The notes under the pieces: model-generated
Told to the model about the DNA's origin: nothing
The model's database searches: none
What the model saw: the letters and a program-made list of their open reading frames with translations, nothing else
Position numbers and translations under genes: made by a program
In this document: piece by piece, positions 17,431-37,111 of the stretch
Layout of the letters: each line of letters begins with the position of its first letter
Position numbering within the stretch: position 1 is the stretch's first letter
Origin: the human T2T-CHM13v2.0 reference genome, Homo sapiens
Direction: 5' to 3' (one strand)
Length of the DNA: 64,000 nucleotides
Assembly: GCF_009914755.1 (NCBI RefSeq)
Contig: NC_060933.1

Positions 17431-18039
17431 TAACATCAACATCATCATCACCACTGTATAAAAAAAAGAAAATTGGGGCTGATATCTGATCTCTACAACT
17501 TTACCGTGCAGCATCCCTGTCCATTGCTTTTTCTAAATTCTATTATTAACCTTGAGTGTCTTGTAATTGATCATGTTTCAACCTTTCTTTGACAGCAAGT
17601 ACTCTCAGAAATAAAAGTATTACTCGGACCAAGCAATTGAACAACATATTCATGCATTTATGTTCATGTAGAAATACCAATTATACACGTTTTATTTTAT
17701 TTTATTCATGACTCTATTTTGTATCTTATACTTATTTCCCCATTGAAATGAGGTGAATTAAAAATAAAAACTTTATAAATTAATTAGCTGCAAAAATACT
17801 TATTTTTGTTTGTTTTTCCAAATGGTTGCAACTTACATAGTGTAAAATACAATTCATGAAAGTGGAAAGATGCAGAAATCAGAATGGAAATGAAAACCAG
17901 CAACCTGAGAGTCCCACAGAAATATTCAGTCACATCTGTGTAACCAGGGGCTGTACAGTCTTAGGTGGAGGTATTCCAGATTTTTGTTTCTTAGTTTCTG
18001 TCAGATGTAAAATGTGTATGTGGAACTATTGTGCACTTT

Positions 18040-18165
18040 CTTTGTTTGGTAGAGACAGTCTCTCTGTGTTGCCCAGGCTAGTCTCAAATTCCTGGCCTCA
18101 AGTGATCCTCCCACCTCAGCCTCTCAAAGTGTTGGTACTACAGGTGTGAGCCACCATCCCCAGCC
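18040..18165 (-). mobile_element. FLAM / free left Alu monomer
   Basis: Monomer only; TSD cta(t/c)tgtgca(c/t)ttt. Confidence 0.85.
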
Positions 18166-19260
18166 TACTGTGCATTTTCTATTATTTGAAGCAAAATTGG
18201 GGCCACAAAGAAGGTCATCTGTAGTATGCCAATAACATAAACCTCTGACATTTCAGTAAAATATTGCCTTTGCCTCTGCATAGTATGCCAGCATGTTCTG
18301 CAGGGTGGGCAGCCGCAAGCAGTGGTTAGAACAGGGGCTCTAGAACCAGGGCCTGAACCTGAGGCTGTGCTCTGCTCTCCTTAATAGTGAAATCAGAGGC
18401 AAGTTGCTTGACCTTTCTGCTTTGTGTTTCTGCTTTTGCCAGATGCACAATATCTGGTTTGTGGAGTTTTTTGAGGACCAAGGGAGATAGTGATTCCTAT
18501 CAAATGTTTACCAGAGCCTCTGATAATCTGGGTTTTCTTCCTCCACTTCCTTCCCCTCCTTCCTTCTTCAAGATGATTCTATTTAATGGCATGTTGGAAA
18601 TCATGTCAGCAGTCATGACATGCCAAGGTAAAATGAAACTTTTTTCCTTAAAAGTAGGAGAATGAGGTAAGAGATGATTTTAGAAGTTAAAGCCTACCCA
18701 AACATAAAAGGATATGATTTGTGTCACTGTCATCTAAAGTGTCTACTGCTACGTTTTCCATGGGGCTGAAGTTTTGATTAAAAAGAATAATGTCGTATCC
18801 CAGGTGTATCCCTAAATTGGTAACTACTTCCGAAAGTCTTTTTTAAGCTTGTACTTAAATGACTTTTTTTTAAGGATAATAGTTTTGTATTATAAAAGAT
18901 AAATGCACAAAGCAGCTACATGTAAAATGCCACTTTAGGACACGCTGTTCTAACACAAATACTGTCAACATATCATTTGTGAGTGAACTGACAAGATGTC
19001 CAAGGAATGAGTTACAGTGGAGAAAATTCAACGTGCATCACAGAATAGTTACCAGCTCCTGGCCCTCCACAGATGTGGACCTAAAACCACCTGGAGGGCA
19101 GAGTCGGCTCCCTCCCGCTGTGAGTGCTTCCTAGTGAGCCAGCAGCTGAAGGCCTCCCTAGCTTCACTTCTCCAGAGCGGGCATGGAGATAACTAGTGAA
19201 AGTGGTCACAAAGTCGGGGCCAAGAAGTCTCTAACCCCTAAATCAAGATTGAGAGATACT

Positions 19261-19624
<364 letters not shown>

Positions 19625-19719
19625 TCATCCTTGCATCAATTTTTTCCTACAAATCAATGGAGTGTACACATATGGGGCATTATTTCACGTTAAAGGAACT
19701 AAGTCCATATACATGATTT

Positions 19720-19996
<277 letters not shown>

Positions 19997-20400
19997 AAGT
20001 AGAAATTATATCCTGCTATTAGTTGACCAAACATGATTCATAAACTATAACTAGTATGGCCGCCATTAATCTAAAAATTAATTTTTAGATTAATGTTTAT
20101 TGACAGTATCTACTCTATAAAATACAAAAATAAAATATGCTTTTATGATGTGGACCATAGTATCCATAAGATTGCTTTTCTGTTTGAATTGGCTATAAAA
20201 ATGGAAAAAGTATCATTTTGTAACTGTGTGGCATTTGTTCATTTATTCAACAATAATACCAGAGTGGAAAGCAACAAGTTAGGTGTGACATAATATAGAA
20301 ATGGTTTTGTTTTGTTTGTTTGTTCTACATATATTATTAGTAAGGTTTCTCTAGAGTACTGTCTCTCTCTATCTCTCTTTCTATCTCTGTCTACACATAG

Positions 20401-20431
<31 letters not shown>

Positions 20432-20481
20432 TGTTCCTCAACTTACAATGGGGTTATGTCACAATAAACCCATCATAAGTT

Positions 20482-21345
20482 TGTTACAGGAAAGAGGTCC
20501 AGATCCAGACCCCAAGAGAGGGTTCTTGGATCTTGTGCAAGAAAGAATTCAGGGCGAGTTCACAGTGCAAAGTGAAAGTAAGTTTATTAAGAAAGTAAAG
20601 GAATAAAAGAATGGTTACTCCATAGAAAGAGCAGCCCCAAGGGCTGCTGATTGCGCCTTTTTCTTTTTTTTTTTTTTTTTTGAGATGGAGTCTTGCTCTG
20701 TTGCCCAGCCTGAAGTGCAGTGGCACTATCTAGGCTCACTGCAACCTCCCCTTCCAGGGCTCAAGTGATTCTCCTGCCTCAGCCTCCTGAGCAGCTGGGA
20801 TTACAGGCGTGCACCACCAGGCCTGGCTAATTTTTGTATTTTTAGTAGAGACAGGGTTTCACCATATTGGTCAGGCTGGTCTCAAACTCCCGACCTTGTG
20901 ATCCACCCGCCTCGGCCTCCGAAAGTGCTGGGATTACAGGCGTGAGCCACCACACCCGGCCGGTTGCCCATTTTTATGGTTATTTCTTGAGATTTGCCAA
21001 ACAAGGGGTGGATTATTCATCCCTCCCCTTTTAGACCATATAGGGCAACTTTCTGACATTGCCATGGCATCTGTAAACTGTCATGGTGCTGGTGGGAGAG
21101 TAGCAGTGAGGACAACCAGAGTCACTCTCATCACCATTTTGGTTTGGGTGGGTTTTGGCTGGTTGCTTTACTGCAACCTGTTTTATCAGCAAGGTCTTTA
21201 TGATCTGTATTTTGTGCTGACCTCCTATCTCATTCTATGACTTAGAATGCCTTAACCATCTGGGAATGCAGCCCAGGAGATTTCAGCCTCATTTTACCCA
21301 GCTCCTATTTAAGATGGAGTTGCTCTGGTTCACTTGTCTCTGACA
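20482..21345 (-). mobile_element. MER41A solo LTR, split by an Alu
   Basis: tgttacaggaaagaggtcc...ctctgaca termini; TSD AGTT. Confidence 0.85.
20657..20961 (-). mobile_element. AluS
   Basis: Antisense Alu inside MER41A. Confidence 0.95.
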
Positions 21346-23193
21346 AGTTGAAAATGCATTTAATACACCTAACCTACTGGACCTCATAGCTTAGCTTAGC
21401 CTACCTTAAATGTGCTCAGAACACTTACATTAGCATACATTTAGCCTACGGTTGGGCCAAATCATCTAACACAAAGCCTATTTTATAATGAAGTGTTGAA
21501 TATTTAATGTAACTTATTAAATACTATGTTGAAAGTAAAAAACAAAATGCAATCTTTATTATTTTAGCTAAAGTAATTGTCAATTTATTAAATAAAAACA
21601 AAACAGCCCACACCATCATTAGCTGAAAAATCGTTTTGAACCATTGTAAGTTGGGGACTGTCTAAAGAATTGTGAATTGGCTCAAGTAATGACAGAAGCT
21701 GATTAGTATGGAAATTTGAAGTCAGCAAGTTGGAGACCCAGCAGAGGTAAGGTATAGTCCAAAAGCTTGCAGCCTTGAGGCTCAAGAAGAGCCAATGTTT
21801 TCATTCATTTAAGAAGGTAGGAAAAGACCAATGTCCCAGTTCACACAGTCAGGCAAAAGGAGCTCCCCAGTACTCATGGGAGGGTCAGCTGTTTCGTTCT
21901 ATTCAGGCCTCCCACCAAGAGGATGAGGTCCATCCATACTGGGGAGTGCAGTGGGCTTCACTCAGCTAGAGATTCAAATGTTAATCTCATTCAGAAAACA
22001 CCCTCACAGACACACAGAATAATGTTTGACCAAATATCTGAGCCACCCTGTGGCCCAGTCAAACTGATAGTTTTTCCTTAGGTTATCTCCAGTGTCATTT
22101 AAATATTAATATTTATAGTATATTATTGATGTAAATATTAACATTTATTACCCAGGGGTTGTGTTCTCTTGATAATGTTCTATTTTTTTAATCTCTGTGA
22201 AAAAATGTTTTATGAAGTGTGGAATTTATCTACTACACTGACATATTCTGCATTAATCTTTCTCTATTTTGTGGTTGTCAATCACTGGTACAGTTTCAGA
22301 GAGCAGGAAATAAAGATTCAGCCTTTAACTCCTACACAATCCACAGTGTTTTTTTCCCCTCAGAACTGTCATAAAACTGTTGTATTTTATTTAGATTTTT
22401 AAATTAACAACTAAAGCCATATTCTAGTAATACTTTAATAATCTAGATTTCCTATTTTTAGAGTAGAAGGTTGCATCATATTTAAAATCACTGCAGAGAC
22501 TTTGAGGTTTTCAAATTAATATCATATTAAAATTTTTTGCACTCTGAAGGCTTTCATTTATTGCTTTAAAAAAATGTTGAAACTCAGAGTTCAAATGATT
22601 TTAAAAACTCTACATCTAGATACAGTTAATGTAAACTTTGTATATCTCTGTAATGACTTTCACTGCCCCTCATTATCAATCAAGAGCATTGAGATAAGGA
22701 CTGGAAAATATTAAATATATATGTTAATATTTATATAAACATATTAAATGTGTGTGTGTGTCACACATACACACACAGAACAAGAGAAAGAGCAAGAGAG
22801 GGACAGTAACTGTCTTCAGAATATCAAAAGTTCTGCTAATCGGCTCTTTTGCAGAAGCTTGTCCTCACTCTCCGCATAGGGGAAAGAGAATGAGCTTTAA
22901 GACAGAACTTCCTGCTGAATTAATTAAATATATCCATTACTACTGACAGAAACAGTGAGGTTAAGCCCCTCTGAAGATGACAAGATAAATTGTCACTATT
23001 ATGGCACTAGAAATGAGATACTGGGATACGATTTCATTACCGTATTATCATAGGTTTACTTAATTGGCAAAGTTTCACTTAAGAAGGATGCAGAAATTCT
23101 GAACACAAGTTAGCATTTCTAGCACGATGGTACAAGATGTGTTATTGAATAAGTCAAAGATGCCATAAACGCAAATTTCAAGGAATGGCGTAA

Positions 23194-23604
<411 letters not shown>

Positions 23605-23659
23605 TCAAAGGGATAGGTAAGTAAAAAATTGAATGCAATATGTAGGAAATGCTGCTTTC

Positions 23660-23810
23660 TTATTTTTATTTTTATTTTTTATTTATTTATTTATTTATTT
23701 TTGAGACAGAGTCTCTCTCTGTCGCCCAGGCCGGAGTGCAGTGGTGCGATCTTGGCTCACTGCAAGCTCTGCCTCCCGGGTTCACACCATTCTCCTCCCT
23801 CAGCCTCCCA
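23660..23810 (-). mobile_element. 5'-truncated AluY (part of the right arm)
   Basis: TSD gaaatgctgcttt flanks about 110 bp of right monomer plus tail. Confidence 0.9.
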
Positions 23811-24700
23811 GAAATGCTGCTTTTTAAAAGTGGCCACTCTTATGCTAATAAAGTCATCCATGAGACAAGAACGTGCTTAAAATATAATAGCGCATACTGA
23901 AAGCAATACTGCTTTGTCCAAGTCAGTCCCATTAGTCCTGGCATGATTTCTGTAGCACTCCTTTCAAATAAAGAATGTCCCAATTTGAATGAAGAAAACT
24001 ATATAATCATCCTAATCATGATAGCAAGATTAAGTCATCATTTGTAGTAAAATCTTACAACAGATTGTGACTGGCTGTGTAGTGACAAAATAATTGGAAA
24101 GTGGCAAATAAAACTGGTCATAGAGGGTCTTAGACTATATTTGTTGCCTTGAAGACATGATGGGAGAATTAAACTTAATAAATGACCTCGTCCTAGATGA
24201 AATATCCTTCTTAGACCAAATATTTCTGCAAGGTATGGATTGAATCTTCATACCAAGTCCAACGAATTTTTGTCCTGCTGGAAACTAATTGAGAAGGAAA
24301 TTAACAGGAATTAAGGTGAGATGAACAAGGTGAGTTGCAAAAGTGCAGGCTCAGATCCTGCTAAATTTTAATATTTGCTCATGGTGACTTTTTTGCATTA
24401 ATTTTAATATTTTTAAATAATGTATTAAAACATTATTTATTTTGATTGCTAAGTTTTGTGCTTACCCATTTAATTGTGTTCCTAAGGGGAGTACCTCACT
24501 TACCTCACCTTGTAACAGATTCTATACAAGGTATACCTGGGATTAGATATAAAGAACAATGAAGTCAGAACTGTGATATGGGGTTTCCACTCCAGCTACC
24601 TGAAACTGAGGTTGCCCTATCTTAGTGAGTTCAAAGCTGGAGATTCTGTAAATAGACACGGGGACTGTGAGGTCCCTGCACAAACAGGTCATATCTGTAA

Positions 24701-24971
<271 letters not shown>

Positions 24972-24999
24972 TTGAGAACAAGAACACCATGTCTGCTGG

Positions 25000-26110
<1,111 letters not shown>

Positions 26111-26561
26111 GCTGGTGGTTTGCCCTAAGCTTTTCTCCCCTAAGTTTCTTTTTTCAGAAATAAAGTTTGTCTTTATCTGACGTCAGCAGATTGGTGTTTG
26201 TTTTGCCTGCTGTATTCCTTTAGTTTCTAAAATAGTCCAAATTCCTCACCCTTCCCTGAAAATGTTGCTCTTACGTTGACATAATGTCTAGTTTCATTCA
26301 GCAGTTAATATTATAATATAGTACTCAGATTAGAGTTTGCAGCTGTTGTCGTTAAATTTAGGTCATTCTAAATTTACAAGTTAGTTGGGAAGAAAACAAC
26401 CGCAAATTCTCAACCCTCATCACCATTTCTGCCTCTCAGTGCTCATATAAAGTCACTACAGAAAAAGAAGGAATGCAGCAATTAAACAAGCTCATCTGTA
26501 ACACGATTAATTTTTAACTCTTTAATTCACTTGTTTCTCATAGGAAACTACATTAACATGA

Positions 26562-26873
<312 letters not shown>

Positions 26874-27129
26874 CATGACAGTAATTTTTGAAAATGCATT
26901 GGCACAGCAATTCAAGAAGAGGAAATTGGACCCATGTTCTCTAAAGGACTTCCCAGCAATAATGTGCTGGGCTGTTCAGAATTATCACTGAGAAAAGGCT
27001 ATGCCCATGTGCACAACTGACCTGACCTCATGTGCACATCAGTTCACCTCAACCACCATCCCGTCTGCTAAAATAAGTCACATTGGTTGCCTCCCAAAGT
27101 TCTCTATTCAAACCAGTAAACTCAGTTAA

Positions 27130-27900
<771 letters not shown>

Positions 27901-29125
27901 TTTTTTTCCTAAATGTATGTGTATGATATATGTCACATGCATGACATATATGTGCATGACATGTGATATATATGTGAACTACATATAGTTCACAAAAACT
28001 AAATGTAGATATGGTATACAATCACACAAAAGCATTTAATGTATCAATGTGTCTATATATACATTTATGCCTAACTTATGACAATAAATATACTCTCAAA
28101 TACCTGGTCGTCATTAAATCTAATATGTAGAATATTAAAATATGAAAGAGGATGCTGTATTTGTTATTAGTCATTTTTCTCCGGTCTATTTTCTTTTACA
28201 TCATTTAATAAATTAGTAGAGAACTTTCCTCCCATTCCTTTTAGTGTTTTAAAATCTTTTAATTTAAAAATTATAGCTCTTAGATAATTGCCTTATATAT
28301 TGTTTTTAAATTTTGTTTCCTATGGGTTGCTGTAAATCTATCCTAAGTGGCAAAGTTTTAAAAACAATATGGGTCAAAAGTGCACAAAGCTCTGAAAATG
28401 AGAAAAGAAAATGACCAAACCTTTAAGATTCCTAGCATTATTCTGCCTATCACCATAATGTTTGCTTGGAGGGAGGCAGGCTATGAACTGAACAACCTAA
28501 TTTATGGCTGATGTGCTCTCTGGCCATTATGGGCAGAATGTGGGCTTCTTCACAGCAGTGGCTCTCAGCGTTTCTCTTCATGTTCTATGGGCTACAGCAA
28601 GTCACATGACCAATCCCAACTCCATTGTGTCAGGGATGTATAATCCTCTTACTTGGAGGACAGCAAGTAATTGGGAACAGTAATACAATTTGGCACACAA
28701 AACAAATCTTCAGAGAGTGTCAGGGTCAAGAGAAGCATTTGTCCTAGAAAAAGTTACTCTAAACTTGCAAAAAGATAAAAATCATAATGCTTGATTAAAA
28801 AAATACTGAATTATTTTCTAATTATTTACTTGACCCTAACCTGACAACATTTATAGGAGTGATATCAAGTCAGACTATTTACAGACTGTGAGTCTAGAGG
28901 TCAGCAGCAAAATTTAGAAATTATCATGACTCTGTAGTCCAGTGGTTTACTGTCATAAAAGATATATTTTATAATGAAATAGACCACCAAGTAGAACAAC
29001 AGACCACTGAAATAAACCATCAAATGACATCCTATAATTTAAAGGTATGATGAAAAATGGAAAGAGTTGTAAATGTTTCTTCTAGAGTTGTCATTTGGTG
29101 CTTCTGTTAGAAGGGCTATGGAGGA

Positions 29126-29496
<371 letters not shown>

Positions 29497-31069
29497 TCAT
29501 TCTAGAATATCCTAATAGATGTATACATCCCTCTACCTAAATTTTTGTAGATGTTATTTGCCTACATAGTGAATGACATTGTATTTCAGCGGAATTTATT
29601 ATTCAACTTTTAAAAACAAATCTCCTGCATTTACATCCATTTTCCATATATCTATGTCATAAAGATAATGAATTTAATTGGACAATTTTCTTTCAAATGT
29701 GTGCAGGCTCCTTCCACTTCCAGGTCTGAAAGAGGACAGTATATTTTATAGACCACACGATTGCCAGAGTGGAAACTGGAGTGAGTGGAAGATTCCACAT
29801 AGTTTTACTTGTGATACTCTAGAGACTAGTGGTGAGGTGTCTTGGAGATGGCATAATAATACAAATAACTAAATATTACTGAGTTGTTACTGTATATGGC
29901 ACTATGTTAAAGGTTTCATAGGCATCACTCCTCATCACAACAATAATAGCCCACCTCGGCCTCCCAAAGTGTCTGTCCCTTCTTTATTCACCAGCCACAA
30001 TGACACACAGAACATAGTAGGAAGAAAATAGTTTATATTTATTCCTAAGAATATAAACTTCTGTTACCATTCTAAATTTCCAGAAAAACTTATTGTGAGT
30101 GCTAAACTAATATCATCCTGACCTAAGACAAATTGTCAGTTCCTAAGGGTGAGATTTATAGGAGAAAACCATGTCTACGCTTGAGGCAGAGTTCTTAGTA
30201 GAGATACAATAGCCAGTTGCTATTATTTCAAAGTTTGTCTGTCCCTAAATATTGCCTGCTTAGGTCTGACTATGCTAGGATTAGTGATCATCTGCTCTGA
30301 ATTAAAGGTTTAGATGCGCTCTTCCCAGGATAAAATTAAGTTTGGGGACTTTCTCTTTTCCTGGGAGCAAAAACCTCAGGAACTAAGTGCCATATGCTGG
30401 AAGATGGAAACATTCCAACAGCCAGAAGTAGAGGGAAGATAAAAATGGCTTCCCTAAAGCAAGGCAAATCAGCGACAGCCAGTCCTGTGGCCACCACTAA
30501 TCACTTGTAAATGAATGCTGCGATGTGTTTCAAAAGCCCTCATTCTGACTCTGCCTGATCTGCTACTGAAATGTTAATTATATGCCTAATCTTCTCTTGC
30601 AAGCAAAGGCAGCAGAGTTGCTAAAGATCATAGCAGGTAAAAGCCTTCAAGGAGAGGTAAGGAGTAAATGGAGCTGGGAGAGAATGCTGTCTCTCAGGAC
30701 AGAGCCTGGCTCATTGAAAGGGCATAGTCCTACCCTATAAGGGATGCCTCCCAGTGTGACCAGGTCTTCTATGATTTCTTTTTATGAGAAACCAGAAATC
30801 TGATTATGTTCATGAGAAATTGGAGTTTTACAAATTAGCAAAACTGTGCTGTGCTGAGAAAATAGAATAAACCTGAAGGCCAGAGGTGTGCTGGGAGAGT
30901 CACTTACAGAACCAGAGCAAATACTTAGATAGAGCAATGATGTGTTTTAATAAAAACAGGGACTACTGTGCTTTGTAAATGTCTTTATGCCTTCTAAACG
31001 TCCTTTCTCCTGAAGTCTATAACGTGACATGGGATAGCAAAGTATTTTTTGGCATGAACCATTGCATTG

Positions 31070-31500
31070 AATATCTTAACCCATTTGTGTTGCTATTAAA
31101 AAAACTCCTGAGACTAAAAAATGTATTTAAAAAAGAGGTTTATTTGGCTCATGATTCTGCAGCCCATACAGGAAGAATGGCAGCAGCATCTGCTCAGCTT
31201 CTGGTGAATTTCTCATGTTGCTTCCACACATGGCGGAAGGCAAAGGGAAGCCAGCATGTAGTGAGATCACATAGTGAGAAAAGAGGAAAGAGGGGGGAGG
31301 GGGTGCTAGGCTCTTTGTAACAACTAGCTTTCTTGGGAACTAACAGAGAGCTCATTCATCCCCTCTCCCCGGGGAGGGCAACAATCTTTTCATGAGGGAT
31401 CTGCTCCCAAGACCCTAACACCTCCCATTAGGCCCCACCTCCAACACAGGGGTTCAAATTTCAACATGAGGTTTAAGAGACAAACATCCAGGCTATGTCA
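31070..31500 (-). mobile_element. MST/MLT1A-type MaLR LTR
   Basis: ttggctcatgattctgcag...aggccccacctccaacac...aaatttcaacatgag. Confidence 0.75.
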
Positions 31501-31774
31501 TTGGATCCCTAATAGGCTGAAGTAATGTGTTAAAAATAAGTTGTAAATAATTATATGCAAAAACACATAGCATTTTGGAAACTTTGCAAGATAATGAAAA
31601 TATTTATCTGGATTTTAACTTAATTCACTCCATATTCTACACAAACATATTTTTAAAAGATAATACAATATTTGAGACATTAATATATGTTAGATAACCA
31701 ATTTACATCCTCAAGAGCTAAGAAAGTGTTAAGTTGCCCTTTCTTAATAAAAACAAAATTTATGATGTTAACTG

Positions 31775-32063
31775 TTTTTTGTTTGTTTGTTTGTTTTATT
31801 GAGACAGAGTCTTGCCCTGTTGCCCAGGCTGTAGTGATCATGGCTCACTGCAGCCTTGACCTCCTGGGCTCAAGTGATTCTTCCACCTCAGTCTTTGGAG
31901 TAGCTGGGATTACAGGCACATGCCAACATATCTGGTTATTTTTTGTAGAAGCTGTGCTTCACCATGTTGCCCAGGCTGGTCTCAAACTCCTGGGTTCAAG
32001 CAATCTGCCTGCCTTGACCTTCCAAAGTGCTGGGATTTTAGGTGTGAGCCACTGTGCCTGGCC
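31775..32063 (-). mobile_element. AluJ
   Basis: Diverged antisense Alu. Confidence 0.9.
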
Positions 32064-33892
32064 TATGACGATAACTTTTTTAAAAGACAAAATTAGAGCA
32101 AATTTAGTTATAGATGTAATTGGCTTCTATTTGTAAGTCATGAATCAGGGCAGCCTGCATTCTACAAAATAGGATGAGAGCTTCCACAGACAATGGAAGA
32201 ACGGTAGCTTCTGTAAAATGAGAACAATTAAACAAAACAATAGACAAAAAGCTGATTGGTTAAGATCAGGGTTAATCCAGGTTAATTTGTTGTAAGGGTT
32301 AAAGCAGAGAAAAGTTCCTTTTTGCACTGACTCAGGTAGACCGGAATTTCCTGTCTTGAGGAAAAACTGCTCTGTTCTGGGACCTGTGTACTTTCTTAAA
32401 GTTTCAGTTTGATTATGTGGTTTAACATAGCACATGAATAACAATGCGATTAATTTAAAAGAGTTATTATAATAAATGTTGATAAATTTGCTCAAAGTCA
32501 TTATCTCTAATAATCAAATTATCTCAAATTTAATTAATTGCAGTATGTGTCATTTATTTCAAAAGTGAAATAAAAACCTGTTCCACAAATCACAGTTTAG
32601 TTTATTTTCAAATTCAAACTTTACTTGCTTCACTGAATCTAGCAAAAGTAAATGTTTCAAAATAATGCAAAAAAAAAGAGGTTTGTAAAGTTGGTAAGAA
32701 AATATTTGCTGAGCAAGTAATCAGATGTTTATTGTCTTACCTATGTCATTTCTTATATATTTACATTCACATTGATTTGTATTAGCTATCAAGTTAATCA
32801 TGTTAAAAAAAGTGGTACCATAATGAATTGTGTTTGATGTTGAAATTAATATTTAAAGATTTAAAAATTATGAGAGAGTATTCTGTGTTATCTCAGAATA
32901 CTGGTAATGTCTTAAAGATTTCTGGCTACAAAGTAGTTTTACAAGACATTAGTTTTATGGGCACTGCATGCATTGCATTGATCAAAGCAGCATTGCATTG
33001 GTATTTAACACTAGGCCATGACTGAAAGGGCTTCAGAAGACATCATGATGAACTACATACAGAGTAATGGCAAGTTTACTATAAAATTAACATTCTCAGT
33101 TGTCACAAGAAATCTGACAATCACTAAAATGGCAAGCACTGTGTTCTATTTGTGTCCTTTTCAGACATGATTGATAAGAATTTGTTACCTTATTAGCATG
33201 TCATAAGTAGACAGCAAAGTATGTTTTAAATTCGAAAATTATTATTTTCTGCTCACGTTCTACTTTCAGCAATGTACACAGTGATAGTAATGAAAGCAGC
33301 CATCAGAATAGTCTATTTTCTTCATAGTTAGCTGCCAAATACTTCTTTTTTTCTATCCAGATCATACTTGTATTGCTTTTGTGCCTTTGAGCATAGTCAT
33401 AAATTAGTACACAGAGGAAGCAGGGCAGTGACAGCTATACATTTTTCTATAGAAGATCAGCTATTAAATCAAGAACCAAGAGAACCATCTCAGCCTGGAC
33501 ACTGAGAACCGAAGCCACACCTTCCCACTGATATTAACATGACTTTGTTATTCTATTGTTCCATTAGTATTACTTTTCGAGGACTGTCCTACCTAAAGAA
33601 TGGTTTGATTTTTCATTATAGGAACTTCCCAAATGCTTTATCAACCTTCAGGGGAAGTCATAGACCGAGTTTACAGCTTGAGTCTTTGAATCCTTCCCCA
33701 CAAATCCTCACCTCACTATTTTCTCTAAGCCCAGACTGTTGTATCATGATTCTCACACAATTCTAATCAAATCCTCTCCTTCAGAGACCCATCTTAAACC
33801 AAACTTGCAATTCTCAATAAATTCTGATCTCCCCTTCTCTCCTCTGAGATGCTGATAGAAATTTACAAAGGCTGTACTCTCTCCCTTGCCAG

Positions 33893-34715
<823 letters not shown>

Positions 34716-35950
34716 CTTTGCAATAAATAAGCAATCAACTTTGTCTCATCAACATGTTATGTTGGTGATAATTGGGGATACAGCTTTGACAAGCAATTAG
34801 CACAAACATGACCTACTTGCAGAAACTTGTCATAGCTATTATTCTAAATATGGTAATAGATGACTGTAATAATCCAAGCCAAGAATTATGACATTTTAAA
34901 TCCACACACACTCTTACTCCTGGAATATCCTCAAATGGACATTAACATACAAATATTTTAATTAGATTCTTTTAAATTCTTAAGATTATGTGATATAACC
35001 CAAAAGTGGGGCTGAAATGTCAGGTGACAATAACACCCAAATGGAGGTTCCACTCAGCACCTCCAGGGACACCCCCCCCAACATATATACACTCTTTACA
35101 GAAACATATTTGGAAATGAATTCATTATTCATAAGTAGTTGTGAATAGTTAGAAAATAGATTTTACATTTCACATTCAATAAAACTCCCACAGAATGTCA
35201 ATTCTGATTATTCGTGGATTTTGTATTTTCAAATCCACCTTCTTGCTAAAATGTATTTGTATTTGCAAATTCACCCACCTGCTAAAATTTATTACTAACC
35301 CCAAAATTCACACTCACAGCACCTTTGTTGTCATACACAGACTGGCCAAAAATTTCATTCTCCCAGCTTGCACATTCCCAGCTGATGTTGAACAAAACCG
35401 TGTTCTGCCTTCTTGTTTCAACTCTCATACTAAAATCAAGTGTCCTTTTCACAATCTGTTTAGTGTCGTGGTTTTCATATTTTTGTGCTTTTTTGGTGAT
35501 TTTGATGTTTACAATGGCCCCCAAACATAGTGCTAAAGTGCTCTCAAAGCACAAAAAGACCGTGATGTGCATTATGGAGGCACATGTGACATAATCTTTG
35601 TTCAGATATGACCTATAGTATAGTGCCATTGGCTATAATCTCAATGCTGATGAATAAATTTTATATGTTAAATAAGGTGTCTTTAAACAGAAACACATAT
35701 AAAACAAGATTATGTCTTGATCATTTGATGAAAATGTTGCAGCCAGAGGCTCACAGAAACTTCCCCTTACATTTTCCCAAGAAGCAACAATTTAATACTT
35801 GCTAATGTTGGAGCTCTGAAAACCATATCCTCAAAAATGGCACTTTGACGTGTTGAGTGCTTTGAATTAAATAAAATTGAAAGGCCTCAGAAATAAGCCT
35901 CAGGACCAACACTCTGTCTAACACCATCAGCCCCCCCAACCCCACCCTAC

Positions 35951-36320
35951 TGTATTAGTCTGTTCTCATGCTGCTGATAAAGACATACCCAAGACTGAGT
36001 AATTGATAAAGAAAAAGAGGTTTAATGGACTCACAGTTCCACATGGCCGGCGAGGCCTCACAATCACAGTGGAAGGCAAAAGGCACACCTTACATGGCAG
36101 CAAACAAGAAAGAATGAGAACCAAGTGAAAGAGGTTTCCCCTTATAAAAACATCAGCTCTCATAAGACTTATTCTGTTCCAGGAGAACAATATGGGGATA
36201 TGGGGGGAACAGCCTCCATGACTCAATTATTTCCTACTGGGTCCTTCCCACAACATGTGGGAATTATGGGAGCTACAATTCAAGATGAGATTTGTGTGGG
36301 GACGTAGCCAAACCATATCA
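35951..36320 (-). mobile_element. THE1 solo LTR
   Basis: tgtattagtctgttctcatgctgct...ccaaaccatatca; 5-bp TSD CCTAC. Confidence 0.9.
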
Positions 36321-36464
36321 CCTACCATCCTCTTTCTTTCCTGAAGCAAGGAAGCAAGAAAGGAGAGGCTTTTGCTGAAGTTTCCTTATCTGATTAAGTC
36401 TGACCAAGGGAGGTTTCTCCAGAAGAAATGCAGTGTTTTTGTTTGTTTGTTTGTTTCAATTTAG

Positions 36465-37111
<647 letters not shown>

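Larger units (their letters stand above)
20428..21663 (+). mobile_element. MER47A (Tigger-family MITE), split by MER41A
   Basis: TIR-like ends cagatgttcctcaacttacaatgg / ccattgtaagttggggactgtct. Confidence 0.8.
20332..22070 (-). mobile_element. MLT2B-type ERVL LTR (host of the nested stack)
   Basis: tattagtaaggtttctctagag...; after the inserts ...gattcaaatgttaatctcat...aaacaccctcacagacac...ggcccagtcaaactga. Confidence 0.7.

Noticed and set aside
26170-26262. FQG...IQQ.........QI pattern resembling CNTNAP exon 10
   Set aside because: Only short motifs match, intervening residues and spacing disagree, and there are no splice sites; cannot be separated from chance by eye.
27915-27994. Short palindromes and a 9-bp hairpin in (TA/CA/TG)-rich sequence
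   Set aside because: Explained by low-complexity alternating purine-pyrimidine composition.
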